From Thermoanaerobaculaceae bacterium (GTDB lineage Bacteria; Acidobacteriota; Thermoanaerobaculia; Multivoradales; UBA5704), in the NCBI GenBank assembly GCA_963778565.1, contig CAVZUZ010000012.1, forward strand, positions 432,578 through 496,577: 64,000 bases of DNA, written 5' to 3'. Of this stretch, positions 9,242 through 16,929 are shown in pieces. Numbering within the stretch: the stretch's first letter is position 1; each line of letters begins with the position of its first letter. The position numbers and the translations under genes were made by a program. A model generated the notes under the pieces. That model searched no databases and was not told the origin of the DNA. It saw only the letters and a list, made by a program, of their open reading frames with translations.

Positions 9242-10207
9242 TCACCCGCCCTTCAGCACCGGCAACAGCTCCCTCTTCGCAGGCTCCGTTCGGGGCTCCA
9301 GGCTCGCTACGTCGAAGTGGCGCTCGAAGAACTCGTCGCACCAGAGGCACACGTTGCCCAGCTCCACCGCCCGCCGGTGGCCGTGGTCGGCGCTGATCCC
9401 CAGGGACTCTCCCATGGCGTAGGGATCACCCTCGTTGATCTTGTGGAAGACCGGAGAGGACGCGATCCGCCGCAGCACCTCGGCCACCCGATCCCGGCGG
9501 GCGTCTCCCAGGGGATGCAGGGTACCCGGGCAGCAGGGGTTGATCTTCCAGAGCTGGATCGAGATCTCCTGGGGAAGATCCGTGCCGCCGAGGAAACCGC
9601 GGCCGCCGGAGAGGATGGCGCAGAAGTTGTGCTCGCCGTTTTTCAGCCAGACGCCGGTCTCCAGCGCCCGGCCGCGGGCCCAGTTTCCGCCCAGCCAGAA
9701 GTCCTCATTGGCTCCCCAGAAGCCGTAGGAGAGCACGCCTTTTTTGAGATAGTCGTCGCGGGTGATGAGTGGGCCTGTGGCTTCATCCACCATTCCCCTG
9801 GACCGGAAAAGCGCCTCCAGCTCGGCCCGGCGCTGGCCCTGGAGCTTGTGAAAACGGTCGATGGAGGCGATGTCGATGCGCGAGACGCCCCGGGCGATGA
9901 GCACGTCCAGCCGCTCGCCCGTCAACAGGTCGCCGTTGGTCTGCAGCATGACCTGGGTCTCGCCCCGGTACTTCTCCGCCACCGCCTCCAGGATGGCGTA
10001 GAGCTTGGCACGCTCGGCCAGGGGCTCGCCGCCGGAGAGGATCAGACGGTCCACTCGCTCGGGAAGGTTGGCCACGATCGCCAGGCACTCCTCCAGAGGC
10101 ATCGTGTTTCCCTTGGGGCTCGAGAGGTTGTAGCAATGGGCGCAATCGTCGTTGCAGAGGTGGGTGAAGACCCAGTACAGCGATTCACAGTGCTCGAAGC
10201 CGGTCAT
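9242..10207 (-). CDS. Radical SAM domain protein
   Basis: CNDDCAHC is a CxxxCxxC motif and SGGEPL is the SAM-binding glycine motif. C-terminal Cys pairs (PCC, CLWC) may form an auxiliary cluster. The best SD (GAGGA) precedes the ATG at 10207, and the ORF stays open to a GTG at 10246. Confidence 0.8.
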   Translation of the reverse strand: MTGFEHCESLYWVFTHLCNDDCAHCYNLSSPKGNTMPLEECLAIVANLPERVDRLILSGGEPLAERAKLYAILEAVAEKYRGETQVMLQTNGDLLTGERLDVLIARGVSRIDIASIDRFHKLQGQRRAELEALFRSRGMVDEATGPLITRDDYLKKGVLSYGFWGANEDFWLGGNWARGRALETGVWLKNGEHNFCAILSGGRGFLGGTDLPQEISIQLWKINPCCPGTLHPLGDARRDRVAEVLRRIASSPVFHKINEGDPYAMGESLGISADHGHRRAVELGNVCLWCDEFFERHFDVASLEPRTEPAKRELLPVLKGG

Positions 10208-10257
10208 CGGATGGATCCTCGCAGGGATCATCATAGGGGACGCCACGCGCGGCCGCT

Positions 10258-11219
10258 CTAGAACGCATACCGCACTCCGAGCTGGAACTGCCGCGGCGGA
10301 CCCGCATTCTTCCTCACGAACCCCGAGGCGCCCACCTGGATCTGGTTGCTCTGCGTGGCGTTGTTGCTGTGATGAGCAGCACGAAGACCACGGCGCCCTG
10401 CATGGTCAGGACCACCAGGCGCAAATCCCCGTCGGCCAACTCGTCGCGCAGGGGCCGGACCCTGGCGGACCACCCCATGTTCGTGTCGGGATAGAGCTTC
10501 TCCAGGCGGCCGGCGATCGTCTTCATCTCGGCCGCCGCCTGTTCGAGGGTGATCCCGGGCTTCGAGCGCGCCAGCACCTGATACCTTCGGTACCACGGCT
10601 CGTCGCGCGCCAGCGGGCCGATCGGCACCCAGGCGTCGTGCTCTTCCGGAAAGCGAAAGCGCGGCTTCATCACCCCCACCACCGTGTGCGCGGTCGAGTT
10701 GACCATGACCATTCTGCCCACGATGCCCGGATCGCCTTCGAACCGGCGCATCCAGAGATCGTGGCTGAGCAGGATCACCGGCGGCGCGCCCGGCCGGTCC
10801 TCGTCCTCGCGGAAGTTGCGCCCGAGAGCCGGCTGCTCGCCGAGCAGGGGGAAGAGATTCGCCGAAATGAAGGCGCCGAGCACCCGCTCCGGCTCCTCGG
10901 TCCCGGAGACGACCAGGCTCCGGCCGGCATAGGCGGCGATCTGCGTGAAGGAAATGCTTTGCGCGCGGAGCTCGGAGAGCTCGACAGCGGAGAGGCTCTC
11001 TTCGTCGAGCTCCCGCCGCAGGTTCGTCATGTGGACCCCCACGATCCGCCCGGGATCGGCATAGGGAAACGGTCGCAGCAGGACGGCCTGGACGACGCTG
11101 AAGGCGGTGGTGTTGGCGCCGATGCCCAGCGCGATGCAGAGCACCGCCACGGCTGTGAGGCCGGGGCTCTTGGCCAGCATGCGGGCCGCGAAGCGCAGAT
11201 CCTGCCGCAAGGTGTCCAT
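10258..11219 (-). pseudogene. Truncated ADOP/FtsX-type permease (N-terminal about 280 aa only), joined to the last about 35 codons of a TonB-dependent-receptor-like gene
   Basis: [37 protein letters not shown].. plus a MacB-like periplasmic domain is typical of approximately 800-aa ADOP permeases. Homology stops at ..GAVVFVLLI, near 10372. The final about 110 nt, in another frame, read ..NAGPPRQFQLGVRYAF*, a beta-barrel C-terminus ending in Phe. Confidence 0.75.
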
Positions 11220-11283
11220 GGAAGGGAATTACGACCAGAAGGGTGGTTGGCGAGTTAGCCCGGCCCTTGAATAGTCACTCCCG

Positions 11284-11878
11284 TCATTTCGCTTTCAAAC
11301 CCTGAGATCTCACCCATGACCGATAGGTCTTGGGGGCGTCCAGCGACTTCAGGCTGTCCCACGCCTGCAATGCTTGCTCTCGGGTTGCGCCTTTCTCGGC
11401 GGCAAAAAAGTCGCTCAGGAAGTTGATGTATCTTCCGTGAGGAACTTGGGCGAAGACCCCTTCGGTCTGATTCAGTCGTATGTATTCGTCTACCAAGTCT
11501 CCGTAGGTGAGCTCGACGCCGCTGGAGAGCTGCTCTTCCCTCCAGCGATTGAGGCGGTAGCGCGCGCCGGGTTTCCTTTTCAAGCCAGGCGCCCGCTTGA
11601 GAGCCTCTCGCTCGAGAAACTGCTTGGTCTCCTTATCGTTCGTGTAGGCCAGCACCGGAAGCGAGAGGCTGAGTCCGCGCTCGACGTCTTTGACTCCTAT
11701 CGTCGAGAGGCGTCGCTTGGTAGGGAAGCTCGATGCTGCCGGTCTGCAGAAACACCTTGATCGACCGCTCAAGCTCGTCTTTTCGCAGTTTGTTCGCGGA
11801 TGGGATCCCGATGCTCGCCGCAAATTCCTTGAGCTCACTCGCGTACCAATACCCATTGTCAAACTGGCTCAAAGTCAT
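11284..11878 (-). CDS. Hypothetical protein with an N-terminal SAP-like motif. The frame is broken near 11725.
   Basis: ATG at 11878. MTLSQFDNGYWYASELKEFAASIGIPSANKLRKDELERSIKVFL is SAP-like. It continues in ORF 11284..11862 (..TKRRLSTIGVKDVERG...YRSWVRSQGLKAK). The stretch is lower in GC. Confidence 0.55.
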
Positions 11879-11915
11879 TGACGTCGATAGTCGTCCGCTG
11901 TAGGGGCGGGTTGGG

Positions 11916-12335
11916 CTACCTTTCACCATGGCAGAGAAACCTGCTACCAGAAACCCTGGCAAACGCCTTCTGCTCAGGCGCCTCCTCTCCCCGAGTCAAC
12001 ACGTTGATCTGATTTCCATACTTGTCTATCCATCGAAATGAGCAGGGTGCAAGACCAGTTCCCGCGCAACCCTCAACCTCAAGGTATCCGCGCTCCCAAA
12101 ACAGGCGCCCGTTGCCGCTGCTGATTTCAGGGTCGTTGTCAGGATTTACGCCACGAGGCTTGGTCTGAACGGGAAACCATCCCGCGGCGAGAAGACGATT
12201 CCTGGCTTGATGATAGCTAGTACCCCTCAGTGTTGGAATCGGGACAACTCGCTTCGGCGGAGGACAGTCTGCAGCAAACGCAGACGCGAAAGAGAACGCA
12301 ACCATAAGGACGACTGCAATCGAGCGCTTCAGCAT
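11916..12335 (-). CDS. Secreted hypothetical protein (139 aa)
   Basis: GGGAG SD lies before the ATG at 12335. The signal peptide is MLKRSIAVVLMVAFSFASAFA. No motif was recognised. The stretch is lower in GC. Confidence 0.6.
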   Translation of the reverse strand: MLKRSIAVVLMVAFSFASAFAADCPPPKRVVPIPTLRGTSYHQARNRLLAAGWFPVQTKPRGVNPDNDPEISSGNGRLFWERGYLEVEGCAGTGLAPCSFRWIDKYGNQINVLTRGEEAPEQKAFARVSGSRFLCHGER

Positions 12336-12448
12336 CTCTGTCTCATCTCCCGGTGGGTCATCCGGTAGCCCAACGCTGTGGCGCTTCAGCGTGCGCCCGT
12401 TGCAGGCCAACGCCGTCCCCCGAAGCCATCAGCCGCCGCAGGGCAGAG

Positions 12449-12545
12449 ATTCTCCCAAGGCTTGGGGCAACTTTCCGGAGGCCAAGGGAGGTTTTCCCAA
12501 GGCTGCGGAAAATCCGGAAGGCTTGGGAGGATTTTCCCAAGGCGG
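12449..12545. repeat. About 40-bp tandem repeat (2.5 units) with TCCCAAGGC / TCCGGA(A/G)GGC cores
   Basis: TCCCAAGGC occurs at 12453, 12495 and 12535. TCCGGARGGC occurs at 12474 and 12513. The repeat lies between the regulator stop (12558) and the start of the secreted-protein gene. Confidence 0.6.
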
Positions 12546-12557
12546 TCCCGCGGCCGG

Positions 12558-14354
12558 CTAGGGTTGGTCCAACCCCGCCCTCTCCAGCAGCTCCGGCCAG
12601 CGGGGGTGGCCGCGCAGGGGGTCGTAGATCGGCCAGGTGGCGAGGAAGGCGACGAAGCGGGAGCGCTCGTCGCAGGCCTGCTCGAGGCGGTCGATGGCCC
12701 GGTCCGGCTCGCCGAGGGCGGTCCAGAGGAAGGCGAAGTCGCTGGCCTCCACGTACTCGCGGGCGGCCCGCTCCTCCAACTCGGCGAGGATCCGCCGCGC
12801 CTTGTCGGGATGGCCGGCGCGAGCCAGCGCCTGCCCCAGCGCGGCCTGCAGGACCGAGTTGCCAGGGGCGAGCTCCACGGCGCGGCGCTGCTCCTCCACC
12901 GCTTCGGCCAGCCGGCCCTGCTGCTGCCAGGCATGGCCGAGACCGAAATGGGCGTAGGCGAAGGACGGCTCGAGCTCCAGGGTCTTGCGGAACTGCTCCA
13001 CCGCGCCGGCGTACTGCCGCGCGAAGTAGAGCACCATGCCGAAATCCGCGTTGATCACCAGCGACAGGGGATCGAGGTCCCGCGCCTGCCGCACCCCGGC
13101 GATCGCTTCCTCGTGACGCCCCAGGGCGGAGAGCAGGAAGGCGTGCCACTGGTGGGCGGTCGGATAGCCGGGATTGAGATCGATGGCCCGGCGGAAGCCG
13201 CGCTCGGCCTCCTCCCACCGCCGCTCATAGAGGAAACGGGCGTAAGCCAGGGACGTGTGCGCCTCGGCGAGAGAGTCGTCGAGCGCCAGGGCCCGCTCGG
13301 CGGCGGCGATCGCCTGGGGGAAGACCTCCCGCGGCGCGAAGGGGCCGTAGAGGGGGAGCAGGACGTAGCAGTCCGCGAGACCCGCGTGGCCGAGGGCGAA
13401 GTCGGGGTCCAGGGCGATCGCCTCACGGAAGGAGCTGATCGCCTTCTCGAGCCCCTCCCGGGTCCGGCGGTTCCAGAAAAACCGTCCCCGCAGGTAGACG
13501 TCGTAAGCCTCGGGATTCGGGGTGGGGGCGCGGCTCAGCCGGTCCCGTTCCTGCCGCGACAGCCGGAGCTGCAGCTCGTCGGCGAGCTGCTGGGAGATCG
13601 AATCCTCCAACGCGAAGAGATCCGCCGTCCGGGCGTCGAACTTGGTGGCCCAGAGGGGGGCCGCCTCGCGGGCGCCGATGAGCTGCACGGTGATCCGGAG
13701 GCCGTCCCCGGAGCGCTGGAGCGTGCCGTCGAGGACCGCTTCCACCTGCAGCGCGCGGCTGATGACGGCCGGATCGCGGTCGACCCCGAGATAGCGGCGC
13801 ACCGCGCTGGTCGGCCGTACGGTCAACCGGCGCAGGTTCGAGAGCCGGGTGATCAGGGCGTCGGCCAGGCCGAGCCCGAGGTAGGCGTCGTCGGGGTTGC
13901 CCGTCAGGGGCTCGAAGGGGAGGACCGCGATGGAGCTGACGGCGGCCGCCTCCAGAGCGGGCCTGGCAGGGGCCTCGTGCTCGGCGACCGGACCCACGAA
14001 GCGGTAGCCCCGGCGGGGAACGGTCTCGATGAAGCTCCGCGTCCCGCCGGCCTCCTGGAGAGCCTTGCGCAAGGTGTAGATGTTCTGGGTGAGGATCCCC
14101 TCCTCCACGAAGGTGTCCGGCCAGATCCGCTCCAGGAGCTGCTCTTTGGGCAGGACCTCCCCGGGACGTTCGAGCAGCACCGCCAGGGTGTCGAACGCTT
14201 TCGGGGTGAGGGCTACCTGGTGGTCACCTCGGAGGAGAACGCGGCTGCCGAGGTCCACCTTGAAGCCGTCGAACTCGAGTACTCGTCCGCCGTGCATGAA
14301 CGCTTTGAGACTTCTTTGATCGTCCTTTGATGCCGTTTGTGAGGACGGCGGCAC
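12558..14354 (-). CDS. Winged-helix (OmpR/CadC-type) DNA-binding protein with a C-terminal TPR domain
   Basis: FDGFKVDLGSRVLLRGDHQVALTPKAFDTLAVLLERPGEVLPKEQLLERIWPDTFVEEGILTQNIYTLRKAL...ETVPRRGYRF is a trans_reg_C signature. It is followed by multiple TPR repeats. An alternative start lies at 14297. Confidence 0.85.
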   Translation of the reverse strand: MPPSSQTASKDDQRSLKAFMHGGRVLEFDGFKVDLGSRVLLRGDHQVALTPKAFDTLAVLLERPGEVLPKEQLLERIWPDTFVEEGILTQNIYTLRKALQEAGGTRSFIETVPRRGYRFVGPVAEHEAPARPALEAAAVSSIAVLPFEPLTGNPDDAYLGLGLADALITRLSNLRRLTVRPTSAVRRYLGVDRDPAVISRALQVEAVLDGTLQRSGDGLRITVQLIGAREAAPLWATKFDARTADLFALEDSISQQLADELQLRLSRQERDRLSRAPTPNPEAYDVYLRGRFFWNRRTREGLEKAISSFREAIALDPDFALGHAGLADCYVLLPLYGPFAPREVFPQAIAAAERALALDDSLAEAHTSLAYARFLYERRWEEAERGFRRAIDLNPGYPTAHQWHAFLLSALGRHEEAIAGVRQARDLDPLSLVINADFGMVLYFARQYAGAVEQFRKTLELEPSFAYAHFGLGHAWQQQGRLAEAVEEQRRAVELAPGNSVLQAALGQALARAGHPDKARRILAELEERAAREYVEASDFAFLWTALGEPDRAIDRLEQACDERSRFVAFLATWPIYDPLRGHPRWPELLERAGLDQP

Positions 14355-14446
14355 CCTTCAGAACCTACATTGTCTCCGTAACCTGACTGGCTTTGGGATC
14401 CGCAGCCCCTGCCGCGGGTACCCAGTCTAGCATCGGAGCCCTCGAC

Positions 14447-15178
14447 ATGCCCGAAGACTACGGAACCAAGACGCTCCTCACCTTCGGACCGAAGGTCTCT
14501 CCGGAGGCCGGCTCCGCCGAGCCGGAGATGACCGCTCCTGCCGCTATTGGCGCTATTGCCGCGGCCGAACCGGCCAACGAGGTCGACTTCGACCTGCTGC
14601 GTCGCATCGCCGGCGGCTCCAGCGACGCCCTCGGCGCCTTCTACGACCGTTACTCCAGCCTCGTCTGGGGCCTTCTCCGGCGGATGCTGGGAGAGGGCGG
14701 CGAGGCCGAGGAGGTGATGCAGGAGGCCTTCCTCCAGGTGTGGCGGGACGCCAAGCGGTACGACCCCGAACGCGCGACGCCGCGCGGCTGGCTGCTGCTG
14801 ATCGCCCGCTCCCGCGCCCTCGACCGCATCCGCAAGCGGACGGCGCTCCAGCGCCGCGAGGAGGCGATCGCCAGCGAGGCCACCGCCCGGGCCGTCGCGC
14901 CGCTCGGCAGCCGGCGCCTGGAGCACCTCGAAAGCCGCGAGCGGATCAGCTCGGCCCTCGACCGCCTGCCGCGCGAGCAGCGGCGGGTCATCGAGCTGTC
15001 CTTCTTCCATGGTCTCAGCCAGACGGAGATCGCCGCCCACCTGGGCGCGCCGCTGGGGACCGTCAAATCGCGCGCTCTGCTGGGGATGAAACGGCTGCGC
15101 GAGATCTTCGCCAGAAGAGCGGCAGGGCGGCTTCCTGCAGGCGGGGATGGCGTCGACGGCGGGGTGAGTCTTTCGTAG
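14447..15178 (+). CDS. ECF-type RNA polymerase sigma factor (sigma-70 family)
   Basis: Region 2 (YDRYSSLVWGLLRRMLG..AEEVMQEAFLQVWRDAKRYDP..GWLLLIARSRALDRIR) and region 4 (LPREQRRVIELSFFHGLSQTEIAAHLGAPLGTVKSRA) are present. GGAG SD lies before the ATG at 14447. Confidence 0.85.
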   Translation: MPEDYGTKTLLTFGPKVSPEAGSAEPEMTAPAAIGAIAAAEPANEVDFDLLRRIAGGSSDALGAFYDRYSSLVWGLLRRMLGEGGEAEEVMQEAFLQVWRDAKRYDPERATPRGWLLLIARSRALDRIRKRTALQRREEAIASEATARAVAPLGSRRLEHLESRERISSALDRLPREQRRVIELSFFHGLSQTEIAAHLGAPLGTVKSRALLGMKRLREIFARRAAGRLPAGGDGVDGGVSLS

Positions 15179-15181
15179 GGG

Positions 15182-15382
15182 TTCAGTTGCCTGCGGACTG
15201 CGTACGGTCCTGCCCTCCGAAGCCTCACCCCCCGGCCCCCTCTCCGTAACCGGAGAGGGGGAGAACAGCAAGAAAGACAGATGTGTTCCTCCCCCTCTCC
15301 CGTCAGGGAGAGGGGGCCGGGGGGTGAGGCTTCGGAGGGCAGGACCGGGGCAGTCCACGAGCAAACTGAACCACTACCTACC
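15182..15382. mobile_element. MITE-like palindromic element (type B repeat family), flanked by a 16-bp direct repeat
   Basis: Long inverted arms run TTCAGTTGC...GGTCCTGCCCTCCGAAGCCTCACCCCCCGGCCCCCTCTCC // reverse complement. GAGTCTTTCGTAGGGG occurs at 15166..15181 and again at 15383..15398, immediately flanking the element. Confidence 0.5.
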
Positions 15383-15391
15383 GAGTCTTTC

Positions 15392-15452
15392 GTAGGGGCG
15401 GGGCTTGTCCCCGCTCGTAGCGTCTGAGGGCGGGGACAAGCCCCGCCCCTAC
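15392..15452. terminator. GC-rich hairpin (type D motif GGGGCGGGGCTTGTCCCCGC and its inverse) between convergent genes; a likely bidirectional terminator
   Basis: The stem is about 20 bp (15394..15414 pairing with 15429..15449). It abuts the cyclase stop at 15449. The same motif occurs at 40089..40113. Confidence 0.5.
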
Positions 15453-16267
15453 TTTGAAGGCACCACCGCCACGATCCTCACCGGACCCCCCGAGCCGCCG
15501 GCGATCTTCATCGGCAGGGCGATCACCCAGGCGCCCGTCTCCGGCAGCTCTCCGAGGTTCGCCACGTTCTCCAGGCCGGGCACGTTGGCGCCGTTGGCGA
15601 TCTGGTGCACGATGAAGTCCTTCGACGGCCCGTAGTCGATGCTCGCGGTGTCCACTCCCAGCGCTCCGGCCTTCCGCCGCTCGACCAGGTGGCGGGCCGC
15701 CTCCTCGCCGTAAGAGGGGAAGTGGAGGTTCGAGGCGTCGCCGGGCTTGTCGTCCCCGAGGTAGCGCTTGCGGTCCGGCCAGCGTTGCCCCCAGCCCGTG
15801 CGCAGCAGGACGATGGCGCCCTCCGGGATCGGTCCGTGCCGGGCCTCCCACGCCGTCAGGTCCTCCAGCGTCAGGCGGTAGTCGGGGTTCGCCGAGGCCT
15901 TGGCGCTGACGTCGACCACCACCGCCGGGCCGATCAGTTGCTCCACCGGGATCTGGTCCAGCGTCCGCCGGCCTTCGGCGAAATGGATCGGCGCGTCGAG
16001 ATGGGTGCCGCCATGCTCGGGGGTGCAGAACGAGTTGGCGGCATAGAAGAAGCCGGCCTCGGTCTTGCCGAAGGACAGGCGGTGCAACTGGAAGTTGGAA
16101 GGCGCGTTGGGCCAGTAGATCGTCTTCTCGTCGAACGAATGGGTGAGATCCACCAGGCGTGTATCGCGCAGATCGATCGGCGGGCGATCCGCCGCAGTGC
16201 CGCGGGCGGCAAGGCCGCAGACGGCGATGAGCGCGAGGGCGAAAGACAGGCGCGTCGCGGTTCGCAT
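15449..16267 (-). CDS. Cyclase-family protein (kynurenine formamidase-like metal hydrolase), secreted
   Basis: LVDLTHSF...TPEHGGTHLDAPIHF...GAIVLLRTGW...LGVDTASIDYG are motifs of the putative-cyclase family. An N-terminal signal peptide is present. Confidence 0.8.
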   Translation of the reverse strand: MRTATRLSFALALIAVCGLAARGTAADRPPIDLRDTRLVDLTHSFDEKTIYWPNAPSNFQLHRLSFGKTEAGFFYAANSFCTPEHGGTHLDAPIHFAEGRRTLDQIPVEQLIGPAVVVDVSAKASANPDYRLTLEDLTAWEARHGPIPEGAIVLLRTGWGQRWPDRKRYLGDDKPGDASNLHFPSYGEEAARHLVERRKAGALGVDTASIDYGPSKDFIVHQIANGANVPGLENVANLGELPETGAWVIALPMKIAGGSGGPVRIVAVVPSK

Positions 16268-16302
16268 CGGGGGGTCTCCTTGAGATCAGCGAGGCAAGTC
16301 TA

Positions 16303-16414
16303 GGACAGAAAGGACCCAAAGGACTGCAAGGACAACAAGGACAGGTGCGTTCAGGTGAGCCTCCCTATCCTTGTCGTCCTTGCTGTCCTTGGTGTCCTTT
16401 TCGTCCTTTCTGCC
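16303..16414. repeat. Imperfect 45-bp inverted repeat built from 9-bp periodic AAGGAC units
   Basis: The left arm is (A)AAGGACnnn x 4-5 (16303..16345). The right arm is the inverse, CCTTnnnGT x 5 (16369..16414). Cores are conserved and the 3-nt spacers are not. It lies in the divergent cyclase/blaI-like intergenic region. Confidence 0.8.
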
Positions 16415-16451
16415 GGAAACGCGGCCGGCCCTTGACGCGCAGCCCGCTCAG

Positions 16452-16486
16452 TGCTACTTTCATAGCATCATGCTACTTTCACAGCA
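16452..16486 (+). promoter_or_regulatory. Candidate BlaI-family operator: two adjacent dyads TGCTACTTTCATAGCA and TGCTACTTTCACAGCA
   Basis: TGCTA-N6-TAGCA dyads lie at 16452..16467 and 16471..16486, about 55 nt upstream of the repressor start. Confidence 0.45.
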
Positions 16487-16539
16487 CGAAACGGAAACTC
16501 CGCGGCGCTCCGGCCGTACTGACTGCTGAAGGAATCCAG

Positions 16540-16929
16540 ATGAGAGCCAAAGCCCATCTCGACCTGAGCCGCCGCGAGCGGCAGATCATGGAGGCGATCT
16601 ACCGTCTGGGGAGCGCCACCGTGTCGGAGGTGATGGTGGAGCTCCCCGAGCCGCCGAGCTATTCGGCCGTGCGGGCGATGCTCGGCAAGCTGGAGGCCAA
16701 AGGCTACCTCAGGCACCGGCAGGAAGGCCCGAAGTACCTCTATCTCGCCACCGTACCCCGCAACGAGGCGCGCGAGTCGGCGCTGGAACGGTTGGTGCGG
16801 ACCTTCTTCGACGGCTCGGCCGAAAAGGCGGTGACGGCCCTGCTCGACAGAGCGGCCGCCGAGATGAGCGACGAGGAGCTGGACCGTCTCTCGGTATGGA
16901 TTCAGGAAGCCAAGAAAGGGGAAAAGTGA
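16540..16929 (+). CDS. BlaI/MecI/CopY-family transcriptional repressor
   Basis: LSRRERQIMEAIYRLGSATVSEVMVELPEPPSYSAVRAMLGKLEAKGYLRHRQEGPKYLY is a winged-helix Penicillinase_R signature. GAAGGA SD lies before the ATG at 16540. The stop overlaps the next start (TGATG). Confidence 0.9.
   Translation: MRAKAHLDLSRRERQIMEAIYRLGSATVSEVMVELPEPPSYSAVRAMLGKLEAKGYLRHRQEGPKYLYLATVPRNEARESALERLVRTFFDGSAEKAVTALLDRAAAEMSDEELDRLSVWIQEAKKGEK

Noticed and set aside
12378-14330. 650-aa plus-strand ORF
   Set aside because: It is the antisense shadow of the well-supported wHTH-TPR gene in GC-rich DNA. It is rich in Arg, Gly, Pro and Glu and has no motif.
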